64,000 bases of DNA from Malacoraja senta (Eukaryota): positions 374,001 through 438,000 of the forward strand of contig CM076001.1 of assembly GCA_038087875.1 (NCBI GenBank), written 5' to 3'. The position numbers and the translations under genes are program-made. Shown piece by piece: positions 13,454 to 27,047 of the stretch (position 1 is the stretch's first letter; each line of letters starts with the position of its first letter). Below the pieces are notes generated by a model. The model saw nothing but the letters and a program-made list of their open reading frames with translations, searched no databases and had not been told where the DNA came from.

Positions 13454-13816
13454 TCCTGGGTAATGTCAGCGGTTTCCACGAATGGCACAGTGTTGAATGA
13501 GGAGACATGGTTACAGCAAATGGTGGGGGGGGGGGGGGGGTGATAATAGATTGCTGGTATTTTCCCAGATCTGGACTTTCTAATGTCTGTATCCCATTTC
13601 CACATTCATTTGGCTCAATGCGCCTCATTGACACACATTAGGCCCAAGGACTAAATCTTATTCTGAAGACGCAAAATTATTATTCAAGCTGATATTTCTG
13701 CATTATTGGACAGGTCACCTTTCAGAGATCATGTTAAGCTGTCAGATGAGAGTTAAAGATTGTATAACATTATCTGAAGTATACGAGGGATTTCCCTGGT
13801 ATCCTGGTTGATACTT

Positions 13817-13912
13817 GTCTGAAGAAGGGTTTCGGCCCGAAACGTTGCCTGTTTCCTTCGCTCCATAGATGCTGCTGCACCCGCTGAGTTTCTCCAGCAC
13901 TTTTGTGTACCT
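13817..13912 (+). ncRNA. Penelope terminal-repeat fragment with a minimal hammerhead ribozyme core
   Basis: CTGAAGA-AGGG-TTTCGG-CCC-GAAAC-GTT matches CUGANGA / stem II / GAAA. Minimal hammerheads are known from Penelope-like terminal repeats. Confidence 0.6.
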
Positions 13913-14199
13913 TCTCTTTCCAACACTGCCAGATGCAAATTATTTTGTCTTCAAAGTGGACTTTGCTGTCCCATGTTATATTCCTTATGTGACAACACTG
14001 ATTTTTAAGTCAACAATAATCACACATCAAGATGCACACTGCTGGCCCTCAATGCAAGAAGGCACAAAATAATGGAAGTCCTTATTATAGAGTCATACAG
14101 AGTGGAAACAGGTCCCTCGGTGCAACTTGCCCACACCGACCAACATGCTCCATCTATACCAGACCAACCTGCCTGCATTTGACCCATATCCCTCTAAAC

Positions 14200-14700
14200 C
14201 AGCAACGTGCCATCAGGGTAGGCTAGGTAGGCAGTGCCTACCCTGACTAAAATTATAAAAAGGTAATTATTAAATATAAATAGTAAAGATTTCCAATTCA
14301 TTTACTAAATGCAGTAATTATTATTAAATGGTTATTATTTTAATAATCAATCTTAGGTAGGCATAATTCTCCCATGCCTTTCATCCGCAGTATGTGTAAT
14401 ACGCGTAACTATGTTCAAGTCACGTGCCGTGGACGCTGCTTCAAGCCTTCACTTGCAACAGGCAATAAAGGCAGTTGAAATCCTGCCTTTGCACCGTGGA
14501 ATGTGTGCATGTGTGCTACAGGAGAGGAGACCAATGTGCGCAGGCGCAGTTTTAAAGATTTTAAAAGTCGACTGAGTGCCTACAGGACCGATCTGCGCAT
14601 GCGCATTTTAATGGTTTTCTGCACATGCTCGGATTGTACGATTTTTATACGTCGACTGACTGCCTAGTGTCTATCCTGAATTACTCACGGCATGTGCCTG
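14200..14700. mobile_element. Non-autonomous hAT element, 501 bp
   Basis: TIRs CAGCAACGTGCCAT / ACGGCATGTGCCTG; 8-bp TSD CTCTAAAC at 14192-14199 and 14701-14708. Interrupts a CR1 3' end. Confidence 0.88.
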
Positions 14701-16119
14701 CTCTAAACCTATCCTATCCATGGATCTGTCTAAATGTTTCTAAATGTTGTGATAGTACCTGCCTCAACTACCTCCTCGCAGCTCGTTCCATACACCCAAT
14801 AGCATGGTGCAAACACATTACCCCTCAGTTTCCCATTAAATCTTTCCGCCCTCACCTTAAACCTATCTCTTCTGGTTCTCGATTCCCCTACTCTGAGCAA
14901 AAAACTCAGTGTGTTTCTCCGATCTATTCCTCTCATGAATTTGTACACCAAGATCACCCCTCATCCTCATACGCTCCAAGGAATAAAGCCCTAGACTCCT
15001 CAACCTCTGCCTATAACTCAGGCTTTCAAGTCCTGGCAACATCCTGGTAAATCCGAAAAACATCCTTCCACCATCACCCTCTGCTTCCTTCCATGAAACT
15101 AATTTTCTATCCATTCATCTATCTCTCCTTGGATCCCATGCGATCTAACCTTCCAGAGCAGCCTGCCAAGCGGAACCTTGTGGAATGCATTGCTGAAATC
15201 CATTTATACGTCTACAGATCTGCCCTCATCGGCCTTCTTGGTCACGTCATCAAAACAACTCCATCAGACTTGTGAGACATAACCTCCACATACAAAACCA
15301 TGTTGACTATCCCTAATCAGCCCTTGTCCATCCAAATGCCTGTATATCCTATCCCTTTGAATACTCTCTAGTAACCTTCCGACCACAGATGTTAGGCTCA
15401 CTGGCCTGTGGTTGCCTGGATTTTCCCTGCAGCTTTTCCTGAATAGATTTGCCACCCTCCAGTCTTCTGGCACCTCTCCTGTATTTAATAACAACTCGTA
15501 AATCTCAGGCAGGGCTCCTGCAATCTTCCTCTCAAGTTTTAAGTGTCCCTGGATTTATCTGATCAGGCACTGGAGATTTATCTACCTTCCTACACATCAG
15601 GACCTTCAGCACCTCTTCGACCGTAACACTGACTGCTCTCAAGACACGTCCATTCACAGCCCCAAGAACCCCAGTCCTCATGTCTTCCTCCACAGTAAGA
15701 ATAGAGGAGAAAAATGCATTGAGGACTTTGCTCATCTCCTGTGGCTCCACACAGAGTTGACCGTTTTGATTCCTTAGGGGTGGTATTCTCTCGCTGGTTA
15801 CCCAGTTTTCCCTTTATGTACATAAAATCTCATGATATTCCTCGAATGTTATCTACCAGAGACCGCCAACTCTGTCTCTCCAAGAAGCTCCTGTGCCCTG
15901 AAACATTCAGCAGCCAGTCCTGCCCATCTCATAACCAGGTTTCAGTAATGGCTACATTACGTACCTATCATTGCCCTAAGCTCATCTGCCTTACCCGTCA
16001 GGCCCCATGCATTAAAATAAGTGCAATTTAAACTAACACTCATTCCTCGCTCTCTGCCTTTCTCCTGCCTATTATCTCCACAAAACTTTCTCTCATCACC
16101 CTACACATCAACTTCTAAC

Positions 16120-18340
16120 ATTCTTAAATTCCGCATTAAGAAGGAGAGTGACAAGGTTAATTCAGCGTCAAGGGTCCTAAACTTAAAGAAAGGTGACTTT
16201 GATGGTATGAGAAGCAAATTGGTTAGGATAGACTGCCAAGTGATACTTAAAAGGTTGACGGTGGATAAGCTATGGCAAAGATTTAAAGATCGCATGGATG
16301 AATTACATCAATTGTTCATCACTGTTTGGCGTAAAAATAAAACTGAGAAGGCGGCTCAACTGTGGCTTATGAGGGAAATTAGGGATACTTTTAAATCCAA
16401 GGAAGAGGCATGTAAATTGGCCAGACGAAGCAGCAAACTGGAGGACTGGGAGAAATTTAGAATTCAACAGAGGAGGACAAAGGGGTTAATTAAGAGGGGG
16501 GAAATAGAGCACGAAAGAAAGCTTGCAAGGAATGTAAAAACTGACTGTAAAAGCTTCTTTAGATATGTGAATAGGAAAAGATTAGTGAAGCCAAATGTAG
16601 GTCACTTACATTCAGAAAAAAGTGAATTTATAATGTGAAACAAGGAAATGGCAGACCAGTTAAACAACAATTTGGTTCTGTCTTCACTAAGGAAGATATA
16701 AACAATCTCCCAGAAATACTAGGGGACCGAGGATCGAGTGGGAGGGAGGAATTGAACGGAATTCACATTAGTCATGAAATGGTGTTGGGTAAACTGTTGG
16801 GACTGAAGGCAGATAAATCCCCAGGGCCTGATGGTTGGCATCCCAGAGTACTCAAGGAAAAGGCCCAAGAAATCGTGGATGCATTGGTGATCATTTTCCA
16901 ATGTTTTATAGACTCTGAGGATTGGTGGGTAGCAAATGTAACCCTACCTTTTAAGAAAGGAAGGAGAGAGAAAACAAGGAATTATAGACCAGTTAGCCTG
17001 ACATTGGTAGTGGGGAAGATGCTTGAGTCGATTATTAAAGATGTAATAGCAGCGCATTTGGAAGACAGTGACAGCATGGATTTATGAAGGGGAAATCATG
17101 CTTGACTAATCTTCTGGAATTTTTTGAAGATGTAACAAGTAGAATGGATAAGGGAGAGCCAGTGGATGTGGTGTGCCTGGACTTTCAAAAAGCCTTTGAC
17201 ACGGTCCCACACAAGAGATTAGTGCGCAAAATTAGAGCACATGGTATTGGGGGTCGGGTATTGACATGGATAGAGAACTGGTTGGCAGACAGGAAGCAAA
17301 GAGTAGGAATTAAGGGGTCCTTTTCAGATTGGCAGGCAGGGACTAGTGGGGTGCCGCAAGGCTCAGTGCTGGAACCCCAGTTATTTTCAATATATATTAA
17401 CGATTTAAACAAAGGAATTACATGTAACATCTCCATATTTGCGGATGACACAAAGCTTGGTGGCAGTGTGAGCTGCGAGGAGGATGCTATGAGGCTGCAG
17501 GGTGACTTGGATAGGTTGGGTGAGTGGGCAGATGCATGGCAGATACAGTATAATGTGGATAAATGTGAGGTTATCCACTGGTGGGAAGAACAGGAAGGCA
17601 ATTATCTGAATGGTGTCAGATGAGGAAAAGGGGAGTTGCAACGAAACCTGTGTGTCCTCGTATATTAGTCACTGAAAGTAAGCATGCAGGTACAGCAGGC
17701 AGTGAAGAAAGCTGGCCTTCATAGCGAGAGGATTTGAGTACAGGGGCAAGGTCCTTCTGCAGTTGTACAGGGCCCTGGTGAGACCGCACCTGGAGTATTG
17801 TGTGCAGTTTTGTTCTCCTAATTTGAGGAAGAACATTCTTGCTATTGAGGGAGTGCAGTGTAGGTTCACCAGGTTAATTACTGGGATGGCGGGACTGACA
17901 TATGATGAAAGAATGGATCGACTGGGCTTATATTCACTGGAATTTAAAAGGATGAGATGGGATCTTATAGAAACATATAAAATTCTTAAGGGATTGGATA
18001 GGCTAGATGCAGATTTTTTTCCCCTGATCTTGGGCGTCCGGAACCAGGAGTCACAGTTGAAGAATAAGGGGTAGTCCATTTATGACTGAGATGAGGAAAA
18101 ATGTTTTCACCCAGAGAGTTGTGAATCGGTGGAATTCTCTGTCACAAGGCAGTGGAGGCCAATTCACTGCATGTATTCATGAGAGAGTTAGATATAGCTC
18201 TTAGGGCTAAAGGAATCAAGGGATATGAGGAAAAAGCAGGAACAGGGTACAGATTCTGGATGATCAGCCATGATCATATTGAATGGCGGTGCTGGCTCAA
18301 AGGGCAGAATGGCCTACTACTGCACGCACTTTCTATATTT
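16120..18340 (+). mobile_element. CR1 LINE ORF2 (RT), frameshifted
   Basis: KSPGPDG, NYRPVSLT, LDFQKAFD, SGVPQGSVL, FADDTK and RPHLEYCVQF motifs. Confidence 0.95.
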
Positions 18341-21149
18341 CTAATCTCTCACCTGCCTCGGTCTTGTATAGGTTTCCATCCTCCTACCAATCTAGTTGAA
18401 ACCCACCCGTGTAGCATTAGCGAACCGGCCCGTCAGGATGTTTGTACCCCTCCAGTTTAGGTGTAAACCATCCCTCTTGTACAGGTCACCTCTGCCCCTG
18501 AAGAGATCCCAATGTCCTAGAAATCTGAATCTCTGCCCCCTGCACCAACTCCTCAGCCACACATTCATCACTCCTATCTTTCTGTTCCTACCCTCACAAG
18601 TACATGGCACTGGAGGCAATCCCAACATCACTACCCTGGAGGTCCAGCTTTGTAGCCTTTCACCTTTACTCATGTTGCAGTACCCACTTCCACTTCCTAC
18701 CTGTATCTTTTGTGCCAATATGCTCAACAACTTCCAGCTGCTCCCCCTCCCTCTTGAGGATGTAATGCAGCCGCTCTGAGACGTCCTGAGAATCTCCTGT
18801 CTACACCCCTAACTATAGAGTTGCCCACCACTATTGCCCTGCCTGACGTCACTCGTCCCTGCTGAGCCTCAGCGCCATGGTTGGAGTCACAGCCCTGCCT
18901 GTTACTGCTGCTCAACCTTGATGTGTTGTACTCCCCGACAGCACCCAAGAGGTTTTGAAGAGGCACAGCCACTGGGGTCACCTGCTCTCCACGGCTAATT
19001 CCCTTCCTCGTGGTCACCCACCTTCTCCCTTCCTGGACTTTTATTCTGTGTAAAGGTCACTGTGTACCTTTACTTGGAGAATTTATGGATAACTGTATCA
19101 GCCAATGTGTTGGAAAGGCAATGGGGAATGAGACACAGCAACAGTTTATTGAACAGCAAACAAATGACTCAGAAAACAGCCTTTTCAATGAGTGGAGGAA
19201 ACAGAACAGCAATAAAAACAGAGAAATTTCTCTAAAGACATGATACAGTGTGTAGGGTTCTTCAACATGGATGGCATGGTGGTGCAGCTGGTAGAGCTGT
19301 TGCCTCACACCTCCAGTGTGTCAGGACCAACTGTGACCCACGAGGATAACTGGGAAGGGATGGCACATTTTCCTGTGACCGTATAGACTTCCTCTGCACG
19401 ATCTGCTTTCATCCCACATCCCAAAGAGTTGGTTGGTTAATTGGCCGTTATAAGTTGGCCCTAGTTTGTAGTTCAGTGTGAATTCTGGAAAGGGAGGGGG
19501 GCGGGGGGAGGGAGGGGGGGGGGAGGGAGGGGGGGGGGGTGTTGATGAGAATGTGAGAGGAAAGAGTGACAGGGAAAACCAACAGGAAATTATATTGCTC
19601 TGAGAGGCAGCATAGACTGACAGGGCAAAACGGCCTCCTGTATCATATTGAAACAACAACAATTTATCTTCATCCAAAATGAATGAATGTAGGCACAATT
19701 TGTGTACAGAACTTTAGCCTTAAAGCCTTACATTTACTAACTAATAGCTCTCTTAGTCTAATCAGGTATCTGCCTGGATGATGGATTGAAGAAAAGGATG
19801 TTTCGTTTCCACTGAACATAACCTTCCTTTATACAATGGAGAGCATTGAAGAATGAAATCCTCCCAAATTGTAAATACTTTTTTGTAAAATGTGCTGTAA
19901 GGAGGGAGAAAGATGTCCAATGCATGCGCACACATCTCCCAAGAGGATTTATTTTTCAGTGTGTTATGGAAGGCAGCCAAGCTTTTGTTCAGAGAGGTTC
20001 TTTGATCATAAAAACCAGAACAATCTGTGCGATGTCTGATTCCAATAATTGATAGGCTGCACAACTGACTGCTTTGATCTCAGAACACCTCACAGTATAA
20101 ATCTGAACAACGTGACCAGGAGCAGATGGTGCAATGTAACATTCTGTTGAAGGAAGCTCTTCGATCGTAGGGGTTGTTCCAAATGCAATCATTGGAAGTA
20201 AACCTTAGGGAATATCTTGTTCACCAGCCAAAAAAAAACTACTGCTCCATTGTCATTCTTATAGTTGGAAGAGAAAATATTCAGTTGAATCAATGTCCTG
20301 GAACATTTGTGGTCTTTTAGAACCCCAGTCTTAAAGGAACTATTGTAATTCCGATAACTATTCTTTATCAATACTTCTGTCATTCATTCTTAATAATATA
20401 TCTGAGAAGTATTTTATTTATTACGTCTTTGAGCCTGGTAGCTTGCTTTATTGTTTCAATTCTTACTTTTTGGCCTTAAAGGCTTCTGATCCCTCAAGTT
20501 TGTATGCACTATATCAGGGCACATCTTTGTCAAAAAAAGGAGAGGGAAATCTCTGAACTTGGGAATAATACAAGATAGCTGCAGCTTGTGATAGTGATAT
20601 TCATTTGGATTTCACAATGGCAGTTTCAAGAGCGATTGTGGGATCTGAAACAATTAGAGGTTTATTTAAAAATCATGAGATTGAACCACAACTTTTTATA
20701 ACATGATAATTTTAGGAAATGTACTGGGACTGCCATATATCTGAATCAATTAGGTAATTGCTAATTGCAGGGCTTATGGTTTATTTAAACCAGACCTTAA
20801 TTTGACATGGTGCTGTACAAAGAACACCCACATAGAGCACATTGATTACTTCAATGCCACTCCATTTCTTTCAAGCACATTCATAAATTTCAGACTTGAA
20901 TAATTCATTGATCTCGTCAGCCTCCAACTGTCCACTACCTACATTGCCAGATCATCAGCTGCCGTTGCCTCATCCTGCAATAATCCAATCTACCACCAGG
21001 GTGCCTGGATTTCTGATTTGTCTTTAGGCCATTCTTTCCATGGCCTCAAAACAAGAGCACAATGATACATAACCTCCTCCAGCACTACAACCACGGGGAT
21101 TTCCAAGACTTCAGAATAGACCAACCCGTCAGCTCAAAAAAGAGAAAGA

Positions 21150-22125
21150 ATGTGCTGGCTCTGGAGAGGGTCCAATGGAGGTTTCCAGGATGATTCCAGG
21201 AATGAGTAGGTTAACCTGTGATGAGTGTTTGTCGGCACTGGGCCTGTACTCGCTGGAGTTTAGAAGAATGATTATAATGATACTCGCTGGAGTTTAGAAA
21301 AATGATTCTTGATTAGTACGGGTGTCAGAGGTTATGGGGAGAAGGCAGGAGAATGAGGTTCGGAGGGAGAGATAGATCAGCCATGATTGAATGGCAGAGC
21401 AAACTTAATGGGCCAAATGGCCTAATTATGCTCCTATTCCTTATGACCTTATGATCGTGTCTTCAGTTGCCTGGACCCCAATCTCTGGAATTCTCTCTCC
21501 ACACATTCCCTCTCCTTTTTTTAGGATTCTGTTAAAATCCTGATCCTTAGACCAAACCTCTTTTCACCTTTTGTTCTCTCCTTTCACTTATAACCTGTTC
21601 TTCTCATGTCTCTGAATAGTATCTGGAAATGTTTTTCTACCCTAAATGAGCTGCACAATTCAACAGTTATTGGTAATGTTTTCAAATGTGACTGTACTCG
21701 CTGGAGTTTAGAAGGTTGAGGGGGACCTCATTGAAACTTACAGAATAATGAAAAGCACAGATAGAGTGGATGCGGAAAGGATGTTTCCACTGGTGGGAGA
21801 GTCTAGGACCAGAGGTCATAGCCTCAGAATTATAGCGCACTCTTTTAGAAAGGTGGTGAGGAGGAACTTCTTTAGTCAGAGGGTAGTTAATCTGAGGAAC
21901 TCAATACCACAGAGGGCTGTGGAGGCCATCAGTGGATATTCTGAAGGCAGAGATTGACAAATACTTGATTAGAGCGGGTGTCAAGGGTTATGGGGAGAAG
22001 GCAGGAAAATGGGATTAAGAGGCAGAGATCAGCCATAATTTAATGCCAGAGTAGACTTGATGGACCGAGTCTACTGATTGGATCATGTCGGCCTGATTCT
22101 GCTCCTATACCGTGAACTTGTGTAC
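21150..22125 (+). mobile_element. Two CR1 3' fragments (~21150-21455 and ~21690-22125)
   Basis: YSLEFRR and RTRGHSLRI motifs and CR1 3' UTR. Confidence 0.85.
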
Positions 22126-22522
22126 TCTGGTGATATGGAATTGGAAATTAATTAATTGAAATGACTGATTGAAGAGACATCTGAGAGATCCTCAGTAAGT
22201 GTCTGACATGAAGAAAACCTTAAAGCAGTGAAACTACACTCAGTACAGTCCTGAACAGAAATAGGCCTTTCAGCCCACAATGACCATGCCGAACATGATA
22301 CCGTTAAACTAATCTCCTGTGCCTGCACGTGATCCATATTCCTCCATTCCCTGCATATTCATCTTAGGCATGAGATTTTTATTTAAATACCACAGCGGGA
22401 CAGGCAGCATCTCTGGAGAGAAGGAATGTCTCTCGTTTTGGGTCAAGACCCTTCTTCAGACTGGTTAGGGATAAGGGAAACGAGAGATATAGACGGTGAT
22501 GTGGAGAGATAAAGAACAATGA

Positions 22523-22713
22523 TTGTTTAAGAAGGAACTGCAGATGCTGGAAAATCGAAGGTAGACAAAATTGCTGGAGAAACTCAGCGGGCGAGGCAGC
22601 ATCTATGGAGCGAAGACCGTCTGAAGAAGGGTTTCGACACGAAACGTTGCCTATTTCCTTCGCTCTATAGATGCTGCCTCACCCTCGGAGTTTCTCCAGC
22701 ATTTTTGTCTACC
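22523..22713. mobile_element. Palindromic Penelope-derived mini-insert with hammerhead core, nested in another Penelope 3' piece
   Basis: 13-bp direct repeat TAAAGAACAATGA at 22510-22522 and 22714-22726; inverted arms 22560-22615 / 22657-22713. Confidence 0.8.
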
Positions 22714-23449
22714 TAAAGAACAATGAATGAAAGATATGCAAAAAAGTAATGATGATAAAGGAAACAGGCCATTGTGAGCGGTTTGTTGGGTGAAAACGAT
22801 AGATGTTGAGGGATAGAGAGAGAGGGAATGCAGGGGCTACCAGAAGTGAGAGTAATCAATATTTATACCACTGGGCTGTAAGTGAAATATGAGATGCTGT
22901 TCCTCCAATTTACATTCAGCCTCACTCTGACAATGTTCAATGGTTTGATTTAAACCATCATCTGCAATTCCTTCCTACACACTTCTTAGTAAAACTGTTC
23001 TGTTAGAGGAAGCTTCATGTATTAATGATGACATTGGTATTTGCTAAAACTAAAAATTAATTGTTATGAAGGTCAACATGCCATTCGCTTTCTTCACTGC
23101 CTGCTGTACCTGCATGCTTACTTTCATTGACTGATGAACAAGGACCCCCCAGATCCCATTGTACTTCCCATTTTCCCAACTTGACACCATTTAGAAAACA
23201 CTTTTGAATGGTGTGAATCTGTGGAATTCTGTGTGAAGTTGTGAATCTGTGGAATTCTCTGCCTCAGATGGTGGTGGAGGATACTTTCAAGAGAGAGCTA
23301 GATAGAGCTTTAAAGATAGCGGAGTCAGGGGATATAGGGAGAAGGCAGGAACGGGGTACTGATTGGGGATGATAAGCCATGATCACATTGAATGTTGGTG
23401 CTGGCTCGAAGGGCCGAATGGCCTACTCTTACACCTATTGTCTATTGTC

Positions 23450-24330
23450 AAACCCTCTTTGTAGGGAAGGTCGAATAATCCCTGTTCCAGGCATACACTG
23501 GCCCTAACCCTGAACTCTATCTCCGCTACATTGACGACTGCATCGGGGCTACCTCCTGTACCCATGCAGAACTCACTGACTTCATCAACTACACAACCAA
23601 TTTCCATCCTGCACTCAAATTCACTTGGACAATCTCCGACATCTCCCTACTATTTCTTGATCTCACCATCTCCATCACAGGAGATGGACAATCGACTGAC
23701 ATTATTATAAACCTACTGACTCCCACAGCTATTTAGACTACACTTCTTACCACCCTTCCTCCTGTAAAGACTGTATCTCCTTCTCCCAATTCCTCCGTCT
23801 ATGCCGCATCTGCGCCCAAGATGAGGTGTTCCATACCAGGACATTTGAGATGTCCTCATTCTTTAGGGAACGGGGGTTCCCCTCTTCCATCATAGATGAG
23901 GCCCTCACAAGGATAGCACCCATACCCTGCAGCTCTGCTCTTGCTCCCCCTTCCCCCAATCACAACAGGGACAGAGCACATAATCCTCCAACAATGTCAC
24001 CACCTCCAATGGGATCCCACCACTAGTCACATCTTCCCATCCCCACCCCTTTCCGCCTTCCGCAGAGGCTGTTCCCTCCGCAAATCCCAGGTTAACTCGT
24101 CCCTTCCCACCCAGGTACTTTCCCCTACAACCGCAGAAGATGCAACACCTGTCCTTATACCTCCTCCCTTCACTCCGTCCAAGGACCCCAACAGTCCTTT
24201 CAGGTTAGGCAGAGTTTCACTTGCACCTTCTCCAACCTCTTCTACTGCCTCCGCTGTTCCAGGTGTGGACTCCTATATATCGGTGAGACCAAGCACAGGC
24301 TCGGCCATCGGTTCGCTGAACGCTTCCAGC
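23450..24330 (+). mobile_element. Penelope-like element fragment (RT and GIY-YIG endonuclease)
   Basis: Translates to RYIDDCIG, FLDLTI, YKPTDSH and a C-terminal YC..CSRCGLLYIGETK motif. Confidence 0.88.
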
Positions 24331-24849
24331 GGGACTCCATTATATACATAAATGAACAGAGCTGGAGCTTTATTTACAGTTTTTAATAAAATAGTTAATT
24401 ATTTGTAAGAAAACTGAGTGTGTGCCGTAGTTATCAACGATCTGAGATGATCTACTGAACTGTAATTGATTTTACAGTAGTCCTTAGCAATTCTAGTAGA
24501 ACTAGATTAATCCTGTATGTTAATGGTGGTATAGGAATAGGGGCTCGCGTCTATTAAGAAGAGTGTAGGAACTGGGATTCTGTTGTGTTAAAGGGGGTGT
24601 GGGAAATGGGACCCCAGTATGTCAGAGGGAGCACAGAAACTGGGAGCCCAGTGTGTAAACGTGTACAAGAGAACAGTGGCCCTAGGATGCTGAAAGGTGC
24701 AGGGAAACCAGTTCTCCAATATGTTAACGGGAAACAACATGCTTGAAATTCATTGTTCCAAGTTACCAGAAAATCAGATTATAGGTTTACTAAACTAAAC
24801 TAAACAGCTAGCCAATACTGATCTTCAACTTATTACCTAGATGAAGATC

Positions 24850-25180
24850 CTCCCTCTGCTCCATCCATGGACCCCAGCAGTCCTTCCAGGTGGCAGAGAG
24901 GTTCACATGCACCACCTCGAACCTTATCAACCTAACTCTGAGTGAGTCTCGATGTGGCCTCCTTTATATCAGCAAGAATAGAATAGGCAACCATTTTGCT
25001 GAACACATACTCAGTCCAGCAAAGGCCTGTTGAATCACCCAGTTGCTAAACATTTTAAGCCCTCTTCCCAAACTGAACTTTCTGTCCCTGGGTCTCCTCC
25101 ATTGCCACACACAAACGGGAGCAACAGCATCTCACAGTCTGCTTGGGTAGCTTATAACTTAACGGTATGAACATTGAATA
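24850..25180 (+). mobile_element. Old Penelope-like GIY-YIG fragment
   Basis: Similar to 24180-24320 (CAGTCCTTCCAGGT...GAGGTTCACATGCACC). Confidence 0.65.
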
Positions 25181-25691
25181 TAATATAAAATGATGAGAGG
25201 CATAGATAGGGTAGACCTTTTTCCCAGGCAGGACATGTCCAACACTAGCGAGTATCGCTATAATGAGAGAGGGGGATAATTTTATTGAGTTGTGTGGAGC
25301 AAGTATTTTACACAGAGAGTAGTGGGGGGCTGGAACGCATTGCCAGGGGTGATGGTGGAGGCAGATATGATAGTGGTGTTTAAGAGGCTTTTAGATAGGC
25401 AAATGGAAGTGCCCCCCCAGAGATGCTGGTTGACCTGATGAGTTACTCCAGCATTGAACCATTGAATGATAACTGTTAAAACTCTGCCTAATTCCTCACC
25501 ACGCAACCCACAGGTCAGATCATCCAATCAATCATTTTAAAACGACATATACAAACTGCTGGAGGAACTCAGCATCTGTGAAGGGAAATAGACAGATGAC
25601 GTTTCAGGTTGGAACTTTTCCTCAAGGCTGGATGTGTTTGTCAGTCTACGTACATGTGCCCCATCACCTACTGTCTACATGTGCACCTTTA

Positions 25692-25927
25692 AGGGCCAGT
25701 CCCACACGCAATTTTTTCGGCGAATTGCCGGCACCCGTCATAGTCGCATCAGGTCGCCGAAAATTTTCAACATGTTGAAAATCCAGCGGCGACCAGAAAA
25801 AGGTATGACTCTTTGGGCGTCTACTCATGAACATACAGGAGTCACCCCGTGAATTTTTGGCAACCTACTGCGACTATGACGGGTGCCGGCAAGTCGCTGA
25901 AAAAATTGGGTAAGTGGGAAAGGTCCT
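25692..25927. mobile_element. PIF/Harbinger-type MITE
   Basis: Long imperfect TIRs (AGGGCCAGTCCCAC...TTGCCGGCACCCGTCATAGTCGCA and reverse complement) with TWA flanks. Confidence 0.8.
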
Positions 25928-26081
25928 TAAGATTCGCTGCGCTTTTGTGCTTTTGCAACAATGTACGAGTTATTTCGACATTTAATAATAAAAAGGCCCA
26001 GATTTAATCTGGGGTTATACTCCACTGTTCACCTACAATGCCCAATATTTGAATGCCTTGGTTACATGCATCAGTTTACAC

Positions 26082-26344
26082 TCTTAAATACCTTAATTGT
26101 TAATTTAGCAATTAATTGTATAATCATAATGTTATTCAGAGTTCCTTCATCTATAGACCAACAGGGTATAAATGCATATTTATTTTAAGCTTTTCAACAC
26201 CTGATATAGGTTTGCAACTGAGATGCAACTAATTATAGAAAGCTCTCCAAATCAGAATTGTGGAATCGTAATAGCACAACAACAGCCGTTCGACCTACTG
26301 GGTGCCTCTGGGTCTTTGCAGAACTGTCCACTCAGTACCATTTG
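26082..26344 (+). repeat. Copy A of a diverged non-coding duplication (copy B 34251-34500)
   Basis: Collinear shared blocks CTTAATTGTTAATTTAGCAAT, ATGCATAT.TATTTTAAG, CTGAGATG, AAAGCTCTCCAAA and ACCTACTG.GTGCCTCTGG. Confidence 0.85.
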
Positions 26345-27047
26345 TCTGCTCTTTCTCCATAGCCTTGCCAGTAGCCTCCCATTATTCCCCCAATGAAAAA
26401 ACCTATCTTTGCATAGAAAAGAAAACCTTTCTTTATATCTTCTGTATATCTTATGCTCACTTAAAGTTAATCTCCTTTGGTCTTTGAAATATCAACTAAA
26501 ATAATCTGTTTCTCTCTATTTTCCCTTCTAAAACCAACCACAGACTTGAACATCTCGTCAAGAGTGTTTTATTGTTCCCGGTAGAACAATGAAATTCTTA
26601 CTTGCTGCAGCACAACAGAATATGTAAGCATAATTAATAACATAACAAGAACTCCGAAAAAAAAGAACAAACAATAACAGTCCAACAGGTCTCCACTTAA
26701 CTGCATTGTCCCAAGGAGAATAATGGTTTTCCAATCAAAGATATTCCAATCTAAACATAAATGAAATGCCAAAAAGTCATACTGCAGAGAAACAGGCCAT
26801 TTGGTCTACTGAGTCTGTTCAGCATCACATACCCATTTACACTAATCTTATTTTATCTTCTACACATTCCACTTCTCACCTACACATTCCTAACAACATA
26901 CAATGGCTCAATAACTTTATCCAGCCCATTAAATTATTTAAGTCAAATCGCTTAGTGCATGGCCTAAGTTTAGTGAATCCTATCAAACACAGACTGCATG
27001 AAGAAAACTCTTAAAGGTTCATTGAACAAATGTTAATATTCTCGTTG

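Larger units (their letters stand above)
14086..19040 (-). mobile_element. Internally deleted CR1 LINE with SGNH-esterase ORF1 remnant, split by nested hAT and CR1 insertions
   Basis: 3' end at 14086; RT pieces RPVSLTSVVG and SQHGF (15264-15494). ORF1 motifs AIVVGNSIVRG and DGLHLNWRG (18392-18850). Confidence 0.75.
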
